Source: Octopus sinensis
Taxonomy: Eukaryota
Direction: 5' to 3'
Assembly (NCBI RefSeq): GCF_006345805.1
Contig: NC_043025.1
Coordinates: 16,492,001-16,556,000, forward strand
DNA length: 64,000 nt
Below the pieces are notes generated by a model. The model was not told the origin of the DNA and searched no databases. It saw only the letters and a program-made list of their open reading frames with translations. Both the position numbers and the translations under genes were made by a program. Below, piece after piece: positions 11,901 to 25,600 of the stretch (positions within the stretch are counted from its first letter, which is position 1; every line of letters starts with the position of its first letter).

Positions 11901-14900
11901 CCCCGACTGGCCTCGTGCCGGTGGCACATAAAAAGCACCATCCGTTCGTGGCCGTTTGCCAGCTCCGTCTGGCACCTGTGTGGGTGGCACGTAAAAAGCA
12001 CCCACTACACTCAAGGAGTGGTTGGCATTAGGAAGGGCATCCAGCCGTAGAAACACTGCCAGATTTGACTGGGCCTGATGAAGCCTTCTGGCTTCACAGA
12101 TCTCAGTAGAACCGTCCAACCCATGCTAGCATGGAGAACGGACGTTAAACGATGATGATGATGATGATGACTTGGAAGAATTCTGCAACAATTTCAGACT
12201 ATACAAAAAACATTAACTAAAATGGCTGTGTGAAGAAAGATTTCCAGATAATGGACATAAAATAAGGGTAATACTAGCGAACAGGGGTCCCAGTGCGCAC
12301 ACTCACGCATCCGCGCTAGCTAATCGTACGTAGTCGATCCTACAACGACTTTTTAACCCCAACCCTAACCTTAGTTTGTTTATAAAAATAATTTATTAGT
12401 TTTAAAAGTTATTTACTTTGCATTTTATTTACTTTGTTGGGAAAATATTCTTTAATTTTCTTTGATATGGATTCAGCCTTGAAATACAAACATAGGTGCA
12501 AGTCGTTGTAGGATCGACTACTTACGACTAGCTAGCACGGATGCGCGAGTGCGCGCACCGGGACCAGTGAAGAACAAACACAGAATCCGTTTGTTTATCT
12601 GGCAAGAAAAGGAAAATGGCTGTCTCGAAGGATCTGTTTCAGCAGAAGATTTCACACCAGGAATCTTGTAGAACATACAGACACATAAATTCTTTGCATA
12701 TATATATTCTTTTATTCTTTTATTTGTTTCAGTCATTTGACTGCGGCCATGCTGCAGCACCGCCTTTAGTCAAATTGACCCCAGGACTTACTCTTTGTAA
12801 GCCCATTACTTACTCTATCGGTCTCTTTTGCTGAACCACTAAGTTACAGGGACGTAAACCCACCAACATCGATTATCAAGCGATGGTGGAGAGGACAGAC
12901 ACAAACATACAAATGCACACATAGATATGTGATGGGCTTCTTTCAGTTTCCATCTACCAAATCTACTCACAAGGCTTTGAAATAGTAATGTCACAATACT
13001 GAGTTTTAAAAATCCTTTTAATGGGGAAAATCAAAGTTTGTTTTTTTTTTTTTGGGTATAATTCAATATTTTCACACTTTTATTTGTAGAAGGCAACAAA
13101 CTGGCAGAACCCTCAACACCCCAGACAAAATGCTTTGCAATATTTCAGCCATTTTACATTTTTTGAGTTCAGATCCCACCAGGGTCAACTTTGCCTTTCA
13201 TCACTTTCAGGGTTGTTAAAATAAGTTCCTGTTGTGCATTGGGGTTAACCTAATTGCCCCAGACTGGCCTTGTGCCAAAAAATTGTAACCATTAGTTATA
13301 GCTTCTCTGCATCAAGGTCAAAATTTAAAAAAGAAAAAGAATTCTAAATATATATATATATCTACATATATATCATCATCATCATTGTTTAACGTCTGTT
13401 TTCCATGCTAGCATAGGTTGGATGGTTCGACCGGGGTCTGGGAAGCCAGGAGGCTGCACAAAGCTCCAGTCTGATCTGGCAGTATTTCTACAGCTGGATG
13501 CCCTTCCTAATGCCAACCACTCCGTGAGTGTAGTGGGTGCTTTTTATGTGCCAGCTGCACAGGGGCCAGAGGAGGCCGGCAAATGGCCACAATCGGATGG
13601 TGCTTTTACATGTCACCGACACAGATGCCAGTCAGGTGGCGCTGGCTATGGCCACGTTTGGACAGTGCTTTTTATGTGTCACCAGCACGGGTATCTTAAC
13701 TACAATTTCCATTTGATTTTCATTTTGATGTTGGTGTTGTCCACACTGTAAAATGGTTGACATTTGGAAAGGCACCCAGGGGTGAAAACCCTGCAAAAAC
13801 AGGCCTTGCTGGTGTTTGTGCTATATAAAAAAAAACACTTGGTCTACTCTGCTAGGTGGTTGGTGTTAGGAATGGCATCCAGCTAAAACCAACAAGTCTG
13901 GTGCAGTCTTCTGTCTAGCCGGTCCCCTGTCAAACCATCCAAGCCATGCCAGCATGGAAAACGGATGTTAAATGATATGTGTGTGTATAATCCTGTAAAT
14001 AATCTTGTCTTTTTAGGTATTTTTTTGCTCAACGTTCTCCGCCAGCTGAAGACGGAGGTGGTCCCTGTGTGTCAGAACCAAACTGCCAGTCACTATGTAG
14101 AGACATTCTTGAAGAATGCTGAACCAAAGCACCTGTTTTATATGTGGCAGATGATCTGCTCGAATCGGATGGAGTTCTGCACCGACCGCTGCACGAGCCA
14201 CATCATGCACAAAACCCTCCTACTGTTGCCTTCCACATTCGATGCCGACCCAGCAGAGCTCCATGACGAAGAGGAGATCAAGGGTAACGCAGAAGACAAC
14301 GGTGTCAGTGATGACGATGACGATGGTGATGGTGATGGTGATGGTGGAAAGAGGAAGGGCAAGAAGAAGGCAGGGTCGAAAAAGGGATCGGCGTCAGCAC
14401 GGGAATCGTTTCTACAGTTCTGTGAGTTCCTTGATGACAACATTGAGACATTCATCACCGATGTCTACGCCAGTCATATTGTCCGTGTGTCACTCCATAT
14501 CTTGGCCAATAAACCAGTGAAAGATACAACCACCACCAAGGGACAGAAGTTTCAAAAAGGTAAATTAAAAATCTTTTTTCACACATTGTGTATCTAGGAC
14601 TACATTATCAAATGTGTCCTTCCTTGTTGTTATCTGATTTGCCCTCGATGTTTAGCCCTAGGTTGCTCCTAATCTAGCAGACCTTGGATAAAACAGTTGT
14701 CCAGCTATGACCATCCTGTCTTTTATTCACCAACTTTCCGTCAGTCGGTTGACATTTGGCAGACTCTCTTCCTCCCATCCATTCTCTTCATTTAGCACCC
14801 TTTCCGTAGTGGTGTCTCCCTTTGCAGCATCATTAAATGCAATTGAGCCATCATCCATGTGGACGCATTGTCTCTCATACAGTCTTGCAATTCAAAACAC

Positions 14901-15232
14901 TTCAAGTCTCACGACGCAGAACATCGGCAAATTTCTTCTTATCCCCTCTCGCTAAGTAAACCTGTCTCTTAGCTCCCCTGATTGGGTTCCCTGCTACCAC
15001 CACACTTCCAGTGTCCTTCCATGCCTGTTTGTTTCCCCTGATGGCCCTGTCCACTTCATTCTTCCACTACCATGTTACTTGGTGTGGCTGTATAGTAAGA
15101 AGATAGCTTACCAACCACATGGTTTCGGGTTCAGTCCCACTGTGTGGTACCTTGGGCAAGTGTCTTCTACTATAGCCTTGGACCGACCAAGGCCTTGTGA
15201 GTGGATTTGGTAGACAGAAACTGGAAGAAGCC

Positions 15233-15292
<60 letters not shown>

Positions 15293-15696
15293 TCTCTTTT
15301 ACTCTTTTACTTGTTTCAGTCATTTGACTGCGGCCATGCTGGAGCACCGCCTTTAATCGAGCAACTCGACCCCGGGACTTATTCTTTTGTAAGCCCAGTA
15401 CTTATTCTATTGGTCTCTTTTGCCGAACCGCTAAGTGACGGGGACATAAAAACACCAGCATCGGTTGTCAAGCAATGCTTGGGGGACAAACAGAGACACA
15501 CAACATACACACACGCATATATATATACATATATACGACGGGCTTCTTTCAGTTTCCGTCTACCAAATCCACTCACAAGGCTTTGGTCGGCCCGAGGCTA
15601 TAGTAGAAGACACTTGCCCAAGGTGCCACGCAGTGGGACTGAACCCGGAACCATGTGGTTGGTAAACAAGCTACTTACCACACAGCCACTCCTGTG

Positions 15697-15737
<41 letters not shown>

Positions 15738-16031
15738 TGTGCTTTCCTTATTGTTGTCACGTATTCTGTATTTTTATTCGTGTACATCGTTCGTTTTCCG
15801 TCCCTTGTTGTTGTTGTATACATTCGAAGCTTTCTTCCAAGGGATCTAATGCGCTTGGCTTAGATCCCCTTGGGGGCTGCCAGTTCGGAGCAATCTCAAG
15901 ATTAATTGCGAAGATGATCTGGTTCTTGACTGATGACTGAGGGCTTCGAATGTCCCGTCCTGTGGTTCTTGTGTCGTCTCCTTGCTGTTTCACGTTCTTG
16001 TCCCAGTTTGTATTTATTTTTTACTGTTTAC

Positions 16032-16062
<31 letters not shown>

Positions 16063-16088
16063 TATATATATATATGTATATATGTATG

Positions 16089-16147
<59 letters not shown>

Positions 16148-16537
16148 GTATATATATATATATATATATGTATCTCTCTCTATATAAACGGCAGTTTGTC
16201 TGTGTGTGTTTCTGTGTGTCTGTTATGTTGTACCCTCACCCTGACCACGGCTTTCGACCGATTCTGATGAAACTTGACACACACACAGCCCAATGTCATA
16301 ATTCAAAACTACGCAGCGAAAATTTTGAAAAGTTCCCCAGTTCTGAAAAAAATCGATAAATTCGACATGGGGTCGAGAATCAGAAACACAAACCACAGAC
16401 TGTCTGGGGACGCAACTCGACCTTTTTAACTAAAAAAATTTACCATCATTTTTTTCCATTTTTGGCTATAACTCTCTAAAAATGCTTTATAGTTATTTCC
16501 CTTAAAAACCCGAGCAACGCCGGGCGATACTGCTAGT

Positions 16538-16601
<64 letters not shown>

Positions 16602-19600
16602 GCTTCTGTGTCTGTGTTTGTCCTCCTACCACCATAATTTGACAACTGATGTTGGTGTGTTTTAATCCCCATAACTTAGTGGTTCAGCAAAAGGGACCAA
16701 TAGAATAAGTGCTACGCTTATAAAAAAAATAAGTCCTGGGGTCAATTCGTTTGACGATAGGAGGTGCTCCAGCATGGCCGCAGTCAAATGACTGAAACAA
16801 GTAAAAGAAAAAAAAGAACATATATACACAGGTGGGCACCGTTAATCGGAAAGTTATCTTCGTTAACCATTAAACTATTAACCAAAAGTTATCTTCGTTA
16901 ACCATTAATCTATTAACCAAAAGTTATCTTCGTTAACCGTCAGTCGGTTAATTCTTCAAAAATGTAACTGAAGTTATTAGTAAACCATTAATGTTAATTA
17001 TTATAGAAAAAAACAATCAGTTTTTGCTCTAAAACCACCAAAAAACCCCTTTAAAGGGGACCAAAACTATAAAATCCCCTAACTTCAATTGAATTTAAAT
17101 TAACAGAAATTAGATGTAATGGGAGTGAATTAGTCTGATAATGATTTCCAAAGTTAACTTGAAAGGGAAATTCTTAACAAAAATGTTAATTTTGTTAATT
17201 AACGATTAATAGTTTGGTGCCCAGGTTTGTATAAATGTGGTCTGATCAAAATAAGTATCCAAGCCGTCGCCATAGTAACAAAGCTAAAGCATGCAGAGTG
17301 GAACTGCTTGGCACAGATTGACCATGAATCATGGTTCTATGGGTATGGCCCCGAAATAAAGGCTCAGTCTTCACAGTGGAAGACCCCAACCTCTCTGAGA
17401 TCAAAGAAAGCACAAATGAATCAAAGCAATGTAAAGACACTGCTGACCGTTTTCTTTGACTACAAGGGCATTGTCCATCATGAGTATGCTCCAGCTGGTC
17501 AGACAGTAAACCAGGAGTATTACCGTGATGTTTTACTGGATGCTGGTCGTTGGAAAAGGCCACAATTGCATGTGTCCGGTGAGTGGCATTTGCACCGTGA
17601 CAACACACCTGCCCATTCAGCAGCAGTTTTTGGCCAGGCACAGCATTCCCCCAGGTCCGACAGCCACCGTATTCCCCAGATCGCATCCCTCATGATGTCT
17701 TCCTCTTCCCAAAAATCAAATCTCGCTTGAGAGGCAGAAGATCTCAGGATATCAAAGAAATCAAAGTGAGTGTGATGAGGCAGCTGCTGATTATTCCAGA
17801 AAACAAGTTCCAGGAATGCTTCCATTAACGGAAACAGCACTGGATTAAGTGTGTGGCTTCCGAAGAGGACCACTTGGAAGGAGATGAAATGCCAAATTGG
17901 TACGTGTTGTAGTTTTGTTTTTATAGCACCGGTCTGGATACTTATTGATCAGACCTCATTTATATTTAATTGCCGGTGGGGGACACTGTGTTTTGTTATG
18001 CGACCACACAATTACTACCAAGTCCATTGAAGGCTTATCAGTTGATACTATGCCTCCCCTCTGTTAGCAGTGCTGTAGAATCTCCGTGGAGATAACTTTA
18101 AAGAAAAAAGCTGAGACACACTATTGAATTAATATACTTTGTAATATATCATCATCATCGTTTAACATCTGCTTTCCATGCTGGCATGGGTTGGATGGTT
18201 TGACTGGGGGCTGGCAAGCCAAGAGGCTGCACCAGGCTCCAATCTGATCTGGCAAGGTTTCTACAGCCGGATGTCCTTCCTAATGCCAACCACTCTGATA
18301 GTGTAGTGGGTGCTTTTTACATACCACTGACACAGTGCCAGTCAGGCGGCACTGGCTTTGACCACGCTCGAATGGTGCTTTTTATGTGCCACCGGCATGG
18401 GAGCCAGTCAGGTGGCACTGGTATCGACCACCCCTACCAGCAATTCATAAGTACATACCTGTTGCCAGGAAAGTGTTTCATGTGTGAAATTGGTGTCTCA
18501 GTTGCGGCCGTTTAAAAAATGTGTTTGTGGATGGTTAATGGGTCAGGTGTGATACTGACACTCGTTACCTATTTTTACCTGTCTTCAATCTTATTGCATT
18601 TGATGTCTTGTTTTTTGTTAACACAATGTTTCGGCTGATTTACCCTCCAGCCTTCCGCGCATGCGTAATACAATAATGGTGATGTTCTTAACTGTTATAT
18701 GGGAATGTAAATATGTTTGCAAAATGTTTTTGTTACAAGTTATTCTGTGTTCTGAATACTTTTATTTTAATAAATGCTGCTTACTGCAAGTTATGGATGA
18801 TTCTTTTATGACTTCATTGCTTTCAGGCTTAGCTTAAGGTATTTTCATGCCCGACATCACAAAATGCGTCTGAATAAACATTGCCGGACAGCAAAGAGAG
18901 ACTCGGACATTGCTTAGAAAATATTTTTCCTTTTTAACCTCGTGTATAGTACGCACAAGGGATTTTGACCTTTAAATTTTGCGGGGGAAAAATGCAGATT
19001 ATACTCGAGGATTTACGGTATTTTATGTCTGCAAAACAAAAAGTATGATGTCCCTTGAAGTCATTAATATATATACACCAGTTGCCAGGAATGGGTTTAA
19101 TATGTAAATTTGGTCTCTCCATTTATGTTTCACTGCTGTATTTGGTGGCCAATTCGGTTGGATGTAGTACTCTTGAAAGAGAAAGAAATCCTCTAATATC
19201 CATTATACACCCCTTAACTAGTTTTCCGTTTTTGTTTTGCTGTTCACATTAGACAGATTCATATACAAACATAACAAATCGGTGTTAGCGCGAGTTTCTG
19301 TAGAACATCTGTAGAGATAACTTCAAAATTGCGATACGTGTTTTTGCCTGAGCAATATTGGTCTTACGTATCTTACTACAAACTTTATACGTATCGGCTT
19401 AAATGATCGTTTTGCTATTTGGGCCCACAAATGCTGTGAAGATAAGCCATCCTTAGCAAGGTAAGGCTTACTACATATTGGGTTACCATTCCTGTGTTAA
19501 TCTTTCCTTGGTTCTCTTCTCATTTCTGCGTATCTTTCTTTTCTTCAAAATCCTTTACTTTGCAGTAGAATTAACAAATTGTGTGGATTTCTTGACATTC

Positions 19601-22600
19601 CCCCCGTTCACCCAGACACAGCTCTCATAGATTCCTCCCAGACCAACTCATAGAATACAAATATTAAATGACAATGCTGTCGGGGATTTTTCCATATATC
19701 TGTCTCAATATCAACAAACAACGGACAATGCTGGAATGCTCTTAAAAGCCTTTTCATTAATTTCAGATGCAAAAGATTTCCAACTGAAAATTGCAAATGA
19801 AGACGAGAATTTCATTAAATGGTTTTTTAAAATATCGAAACATATTTGCGCATTGGAGAACATTTACTGTAAGTATAGATTACCTGTTTGAGAATGTATA
19901 TTACTCTTTTACTTGTTTCAGTCATTTGACTGCAGCCATACTGGAGCACCACCTTTACAGGGACATAAACACACCACCATCGGTTGTCAAGTGATGTTGG
20001 GGGACAAACACACACACACACGACGGGCTTCTTCCAGTTTCTGTCTATCAAAAACGCTCACAAGGCTTTGGTCAGTCCGAAGCTATAGAAGAAGACACTT
20101 GCCCAAGGGACCCGGGACCATGTGGTTCGTAAGCAAGCTACTTACCACACGGCCCCTCCTGTTCCTATATTGTAAATATTTATTCCATAGTGGGACAGTG
20201 TCCCTGCCCAACCTGTACAATGTACATATTTCTTTTACTTTCTTTTACTTGTTTCAGTCATTTGACTGCGGCCATGCTGGAGCACCGCCTTTTTTAGTCG
20301 AGCAAATCGACCCCGAGACTTATTCTTTGTAAGCCCAGTACTTATTCTATCGGTCTCTTTTGCCGAACCGGTAAGTGACGGGGACGTAAACACACCAGCA
20401 TCGGTTGTCAAGCAATGCTAGGGAGACAAACACAGACACACAAACACATACACACACATATATATATATACATATATACGACGGGCTTCTTTCAGTTTCC
20501 GTCTATCAAATCCACTCAGAAGGCTTTGGTCGGCCCGAGGCTATAATAGGAAACACTTGCCCAAGGTGCCATGCTGTAGGACTGAACCTGGAACCGTCTG
20601 GCTGGGAAGCAAGTTACCTACATCCTCATCCTCCATCTAATGTACCACAGTACCACGGATTCTGTTTCAATGTTTAATTTTGTTATATTCTGAGATCGCA
20701 AGGTACCCCCCCACCTCAATTTGATGTTTTCTTCTGCTAAGCTACTTTATTTTGGTCCCCTTCTTTCTAATTTTCTTTTTCAGCATATTTCACACACAAA
20801 TTAGCCAACCCAGTCATTCAGGTTTTGGTGCAGCTCACGATGGAACTGGACCAGGACATTGGCAGAAAATTCTGCAGTAGAATTATCAAATTGTGTGGAT
20901 TTCTTGACATTCCCCCCGTTGATCCAGACACAGCTCTCATAGATTCCTCCAGGTAAGCAATCATCCCTTCATACTGTGTGGACTGAGACCCCTATTGATA
21001 GTTCCTTGATAAGTATTTCAAACTTTGGCACAAAGCCTGCAATTTTGGGTGAGGTAGGTAGCTCAATTACCTCAACCCCCAGGGCTCAGCTGGTTCGAAT
21101 TTTATTTTGAAGGCGGCGAGCTGGCAGAACCATTTGCATGCCGGGCGAAATGCTTAGTGGTATTTCGTCTGCCGTTACATTCTGAGTTCAAATTCCGCCG
21201 AGGTCGACTTTGCCTTTCATCCTTTCGGGGTCGATAAATTAAGTACCAGTTACACACTGGGGTCGATGTAATCGATTTAATCCAACATGGCCGTAGCCAA
21301 TACCGCATCGACTGGCCTCCGTGCTGTGGGCACGTAACAAACACCATCCGATCATGGCCGTTCGCCAGCCTCGTCTGGCACCTGTGTCGGTGGCACATAA
21401 AAAACATCATCCGAGCGTGGCCATTCGCCAGCCTCGTCTGGCACCTGTGTCGGTGGCACATAAAATCACCCACTACACTCTCGGAGTGGTTGGCGTTAGG
21501 AAGGGCATCCAGCTGTAGAAACACTGCCAGATCTGACTGGCCTGGTGCAGCCTTCAGGATCCCCAGACCCCAGTTGAACCGTCCAACCCATGCTAGCATG
21601 GAAAGCGGACGTTAAACGATGATGATGATGTTTGTCCTCTCTGTGTTTAGCCCCTTGTGGATAGTAAAGAAATAAATACTAATTTTATTTATCTTGAAAG
21701 AATGAAAGGCAAAATCGACCCCAGCAGAATTTGAACTCAGAACATAAAAGTGATAAAGTACCACCATGCATTTTGTCCGGTGTGCTAATGATTCTGCCAG
21801 CTTGCTGCTTTAACATGTCCCTAATATTAAATGAAATGATGAACCCTTACAGTATGCAAATTAGTTGTTCCTGTTTTTCTGTTGTTGCTAAATTTGTTGA
21901 GTAATTAAACTGATTGGCTGCTTGTTCCTCTGGCATTCATATAATTGAACCGGACGCCTCTAACGAGAGTCCAATAAGGTATGAAAATCAATTAAGTTCA
22001 TTATTTTTTCAGTCTGCAGAGGAACAAGCTAAATTAGCCCTGTTTAGAAAGGTGAGTGGCTGTTGGGTAAGAAACTTGCTTCCCAACGACATGATTCTGG
22101 GTTCAGTCCCACTGTGTGGCACCTTGGCCAAGTGTCTTCTACTATAGCCTCAGGCCGACCAAAGTCCTGTGAGTGGATGTTGGTAGACAAAAACTGAAAG
22201 AAGCCAATTGTATATATATATGTGTGTGTATGTATGTATTTGTGTCTTTGTTTGTCCCTCCACCATCCCTTGACAGCCGATGTTGGTGTGTTTACATCCC
22301 CATAACTTATCATTTCAGCAAAAGAGACCTATAAAATAGTACTAGGCTTACAAAGAATAAGTCCTGGGTATTGATTTGTTTGACTAAACGTGGTGCTCCA
22401 ACATGGCCACAGTTAAATAACTGAAAGAATAAAAGAATATACACATGCAAAGTTCCTGGCTTTGGATAAAAGAAAATAGAGGAGGATCAGTTATTTAGGA
22501 TTTTATTCAACATATTCCCCTCTCAGTCCTTCAGTTTTTCTAAACCCAGTAAAAGAAATCGGAATTTTACACCTCCAGCCAGGCCTTTCGCAATTCCCTG

Positions 22601-25600
22601 AAAGCCAGGAACTTTTTAGCACTCCTTTCACATAATATATATGCATGTAAATATTGTATTGAAAGACCCTTTTGAACAGAAAATTTATAGGGTGGCCATG
22701 GGATTTGAACTCACATCACCTCTAGATATGATAGGTGTTCCACAACTGGGGCAAAGAGAAGTACCTGTTATTACCCTTTGATGTTTGATTCCCAAGCACA
22801 ACCAGCTGAAACTATGGATATTATCCAACCATCCTGTCCCTAGCTTATTCCTAGGGCCCATTGGTCTTCTGCCAGTTGGCTCCTCATGAAGAATCCATTT
22901 TTGATTCTTCCTTATAACATCCCTTGTCTCCAGCCCCATATCTGTGACTGCTTAGTAACGTGGACAGCTGGTGGCTTGACCTAACGAGACTCCCTAGGAT
23001 GATGACCATTCTGGGTCTTCCTCCCCAGGTCTCCTGCCAGTTGGCTCAGCTTCAAGTGTCCATCTTGCGATTCCTTCCTGTGGCATTCTAACCTCGCGTC
23101 TGCAGAACCAGAGCTGTGACCTCTCAATGCACAGAAGTGGTGGCTCAACCTGGAGAGACTTCCTGAGACTATGGATGTTATCCAACCACTTAGGTCTTGG
23201 TCTACCCCAGGTCTCTTGCCAGTGAGTTGGGTTTCAAAGTCTGTCCTACGAATCCTTCCAGTGACATTCTAATCACATATCCAAAGTAACAGCTTGACCT
23301 GGAGAGAGACACCCCTAAGACTCTAGAGATTATCCAGCCATCCCGTTTGTGGCCTACCTCTTCTGCCAGTTAGCTCAACTTAAAGAATCTGTCTTGCAAT
23401 TCTTTGCTGTGCCATTCTAATCACAGCTCCATATTACCAGAGCTGTGACCTCTTGATGAATGATGTCAAGAGGTCACAGCTTGACCTGGGGAGACTGGAT
23501 GTTATCCAACCATCTCATCTTGGTCTCCTGCTAGTTGGCCCCGCTTGAAGGAAATGGTTTGTGATTCTATCACGTGGCAGTCTAACCACACACACAGACA
23601 TCTCTAGATGGCATCGAAGAAATGGTCTTGCTGGTGGTGGTGGTGAGGATGGTAATGATTATAAAACAATGGTGATGGTTGTGGTGGTGTTGGTGATGAT
23701 GATGATGATGGAGGTGGCTGTGATGGTTGTGTTGAATGATGCAAGAATTTTGGTGATTATGGTGATGATGATGATGTTGATGATGATAATGTATTTGCAG
23801 GTTGCCTGATCTGATGATGAATCCTGTTGCCAGTTACCTTGCTGAGGAGCTGCTACGAAGCTGTTCCAACTCTGCCTACCTGACGTGGTACGAATGTTCA
23901 TTCAAGGACCGGCTGATAGCTTACGCCGTCAATGGTGTGTCCAGCTATGTCCTGCATCTTGTCATTGACCGCTGTGTCAACAAAGGCATGGTGAGTCACC
24001 GGACAATCAACAAGGAATTCTATCATTTTGTTCTCTTATCACTCACTGGACCGTGGCCATGCTGGAGCACTGCTTTGAAGAGTTTTTCTTAGTCAAACAA
24101 AATCAACACCACTACGTATTTTTGTCCTTTAACCCTTTAGTATTTAAACCGGCCATATCCGGCCAAAATATTTAATCTATTTTATATTCAAACTGACCAG
24201 ATCCAGGCTCTCACACCTACCCTACAATGTTATTCTATATTAAGTAATTACACCATCAAGATCTTGAAGATATGAGATAATGCATGATTAATTCGAATCA
24301 ATGGGAATCAATAAGCATTATGTTTGATAGAATAATCTGAACACTAAAGGGTTAAAGCTTGGTACTTATTCTATTGGTCTTGTTTACCAAACTGCTATGT
24401 TACAAGGTCATAAACAAACCAATACCAGTTGTGTTGTCTCTCAACGGAGGTACAAACGTAAACACGAAGACAACTTCTTTCCCCCTTATAAGGGTAAATA
24501 TCCAACCTTTCTGCTGTTTTCACACCTTTACTGTGTTTGAAATCTACTGTCTTCTCAAACACATTTGATGCTGTCCAGAGTTTGTTTAGAAACCGTTGCC
24601 GCATTCGAAAAAGCTATTATTTAGCTTTAAAGTGGACGGTAACTGTTGCCATGGGGTCGTTTAGTTTGATGGTAAAGAAAGTAAATTTCAGACACAGTAA
24701 AGCTATGAAAACAGCAGAAAGATTATGTGTTTACCCCTATAAGAGGGAAAAAAGTTGCCAGCAGGTAGCTTCCATATGTATGTTGGTTTGTTTATGTCCT
24801 CATAATTTAGCAGTTTGGTATCCGAGGGTCGAGGGGCACAGGTTTCTCTCCCATAGCTGCTTGCCAACAACTTTATTCTGTCTTAGAAGGATAAATATAT
24901 ATATCATCATCATCATCATTTAGCATCTGCTTTCCATGCTGGCATGGGTTGGATGGTTTGACATGGAGATGGCGAGGCTGGAGAGCTGTCCAGGCTCCAA
25001 TTGTCTCTTGTGGAATCGGTTTTTACAGCTGGGTGTCCTTCCTAATGCCAATCCCTTAACAGAGTGTGCTGGGTGGTTTTTACGTGCCACTGGCGTGGGG
25101 TTGTTTACGCTGCACTGACATGGTTGCTTTTCAAGTGGCACCTGAAGGGACACACCTGGATGTGTGCAGCCGTTTTACTTAGCTTGATGTGTCTTATCAA
25201 GTACAGCAAATCCACCACCTCTGGTCCTTTGTGATTTCCTCTGTGAAACCTAGAGTCCAAAGAGCTTTCCTAACACTTCGTCCCACATTTTCCTGGGTCT
25301 ACTCCTTCCACAGGTTCCCTCCGTAATTAGAACTCAGCACTTCTTTACACAGCTCTCTGCATCCACATGTATCACATGACCAAACCAGCACAGCCTTCTT
25401 CTGTCTGGCCCACAACACCCGAGGCTTCTCATACCCAGTTCTCCTCTTAAATCACTTACACTCAGTCACACATGCACACTGCTATTACACAGTCCAGTGG
25501 AGCATACCAGCTTCATTACTTTCAGCCCTTCACAAGTCCCCTTTAGTCACAGCCCATGTTTCACTGTCATGTAACATAGCCGTACGTACACAGGCATCAT

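Noticed and set aside
15197-16359. 247-aa and YIYI-rich ORFs
   Set aside because: SINE plus (TA)n sequence
18790-18880. Intronic C/D snoRNA (NOP9 is a plausible host gene)
   Set aside because: The C box is non-consensus (GATGATT), the terminal stem is only 4 bp, and I could not identify an rRNA guide
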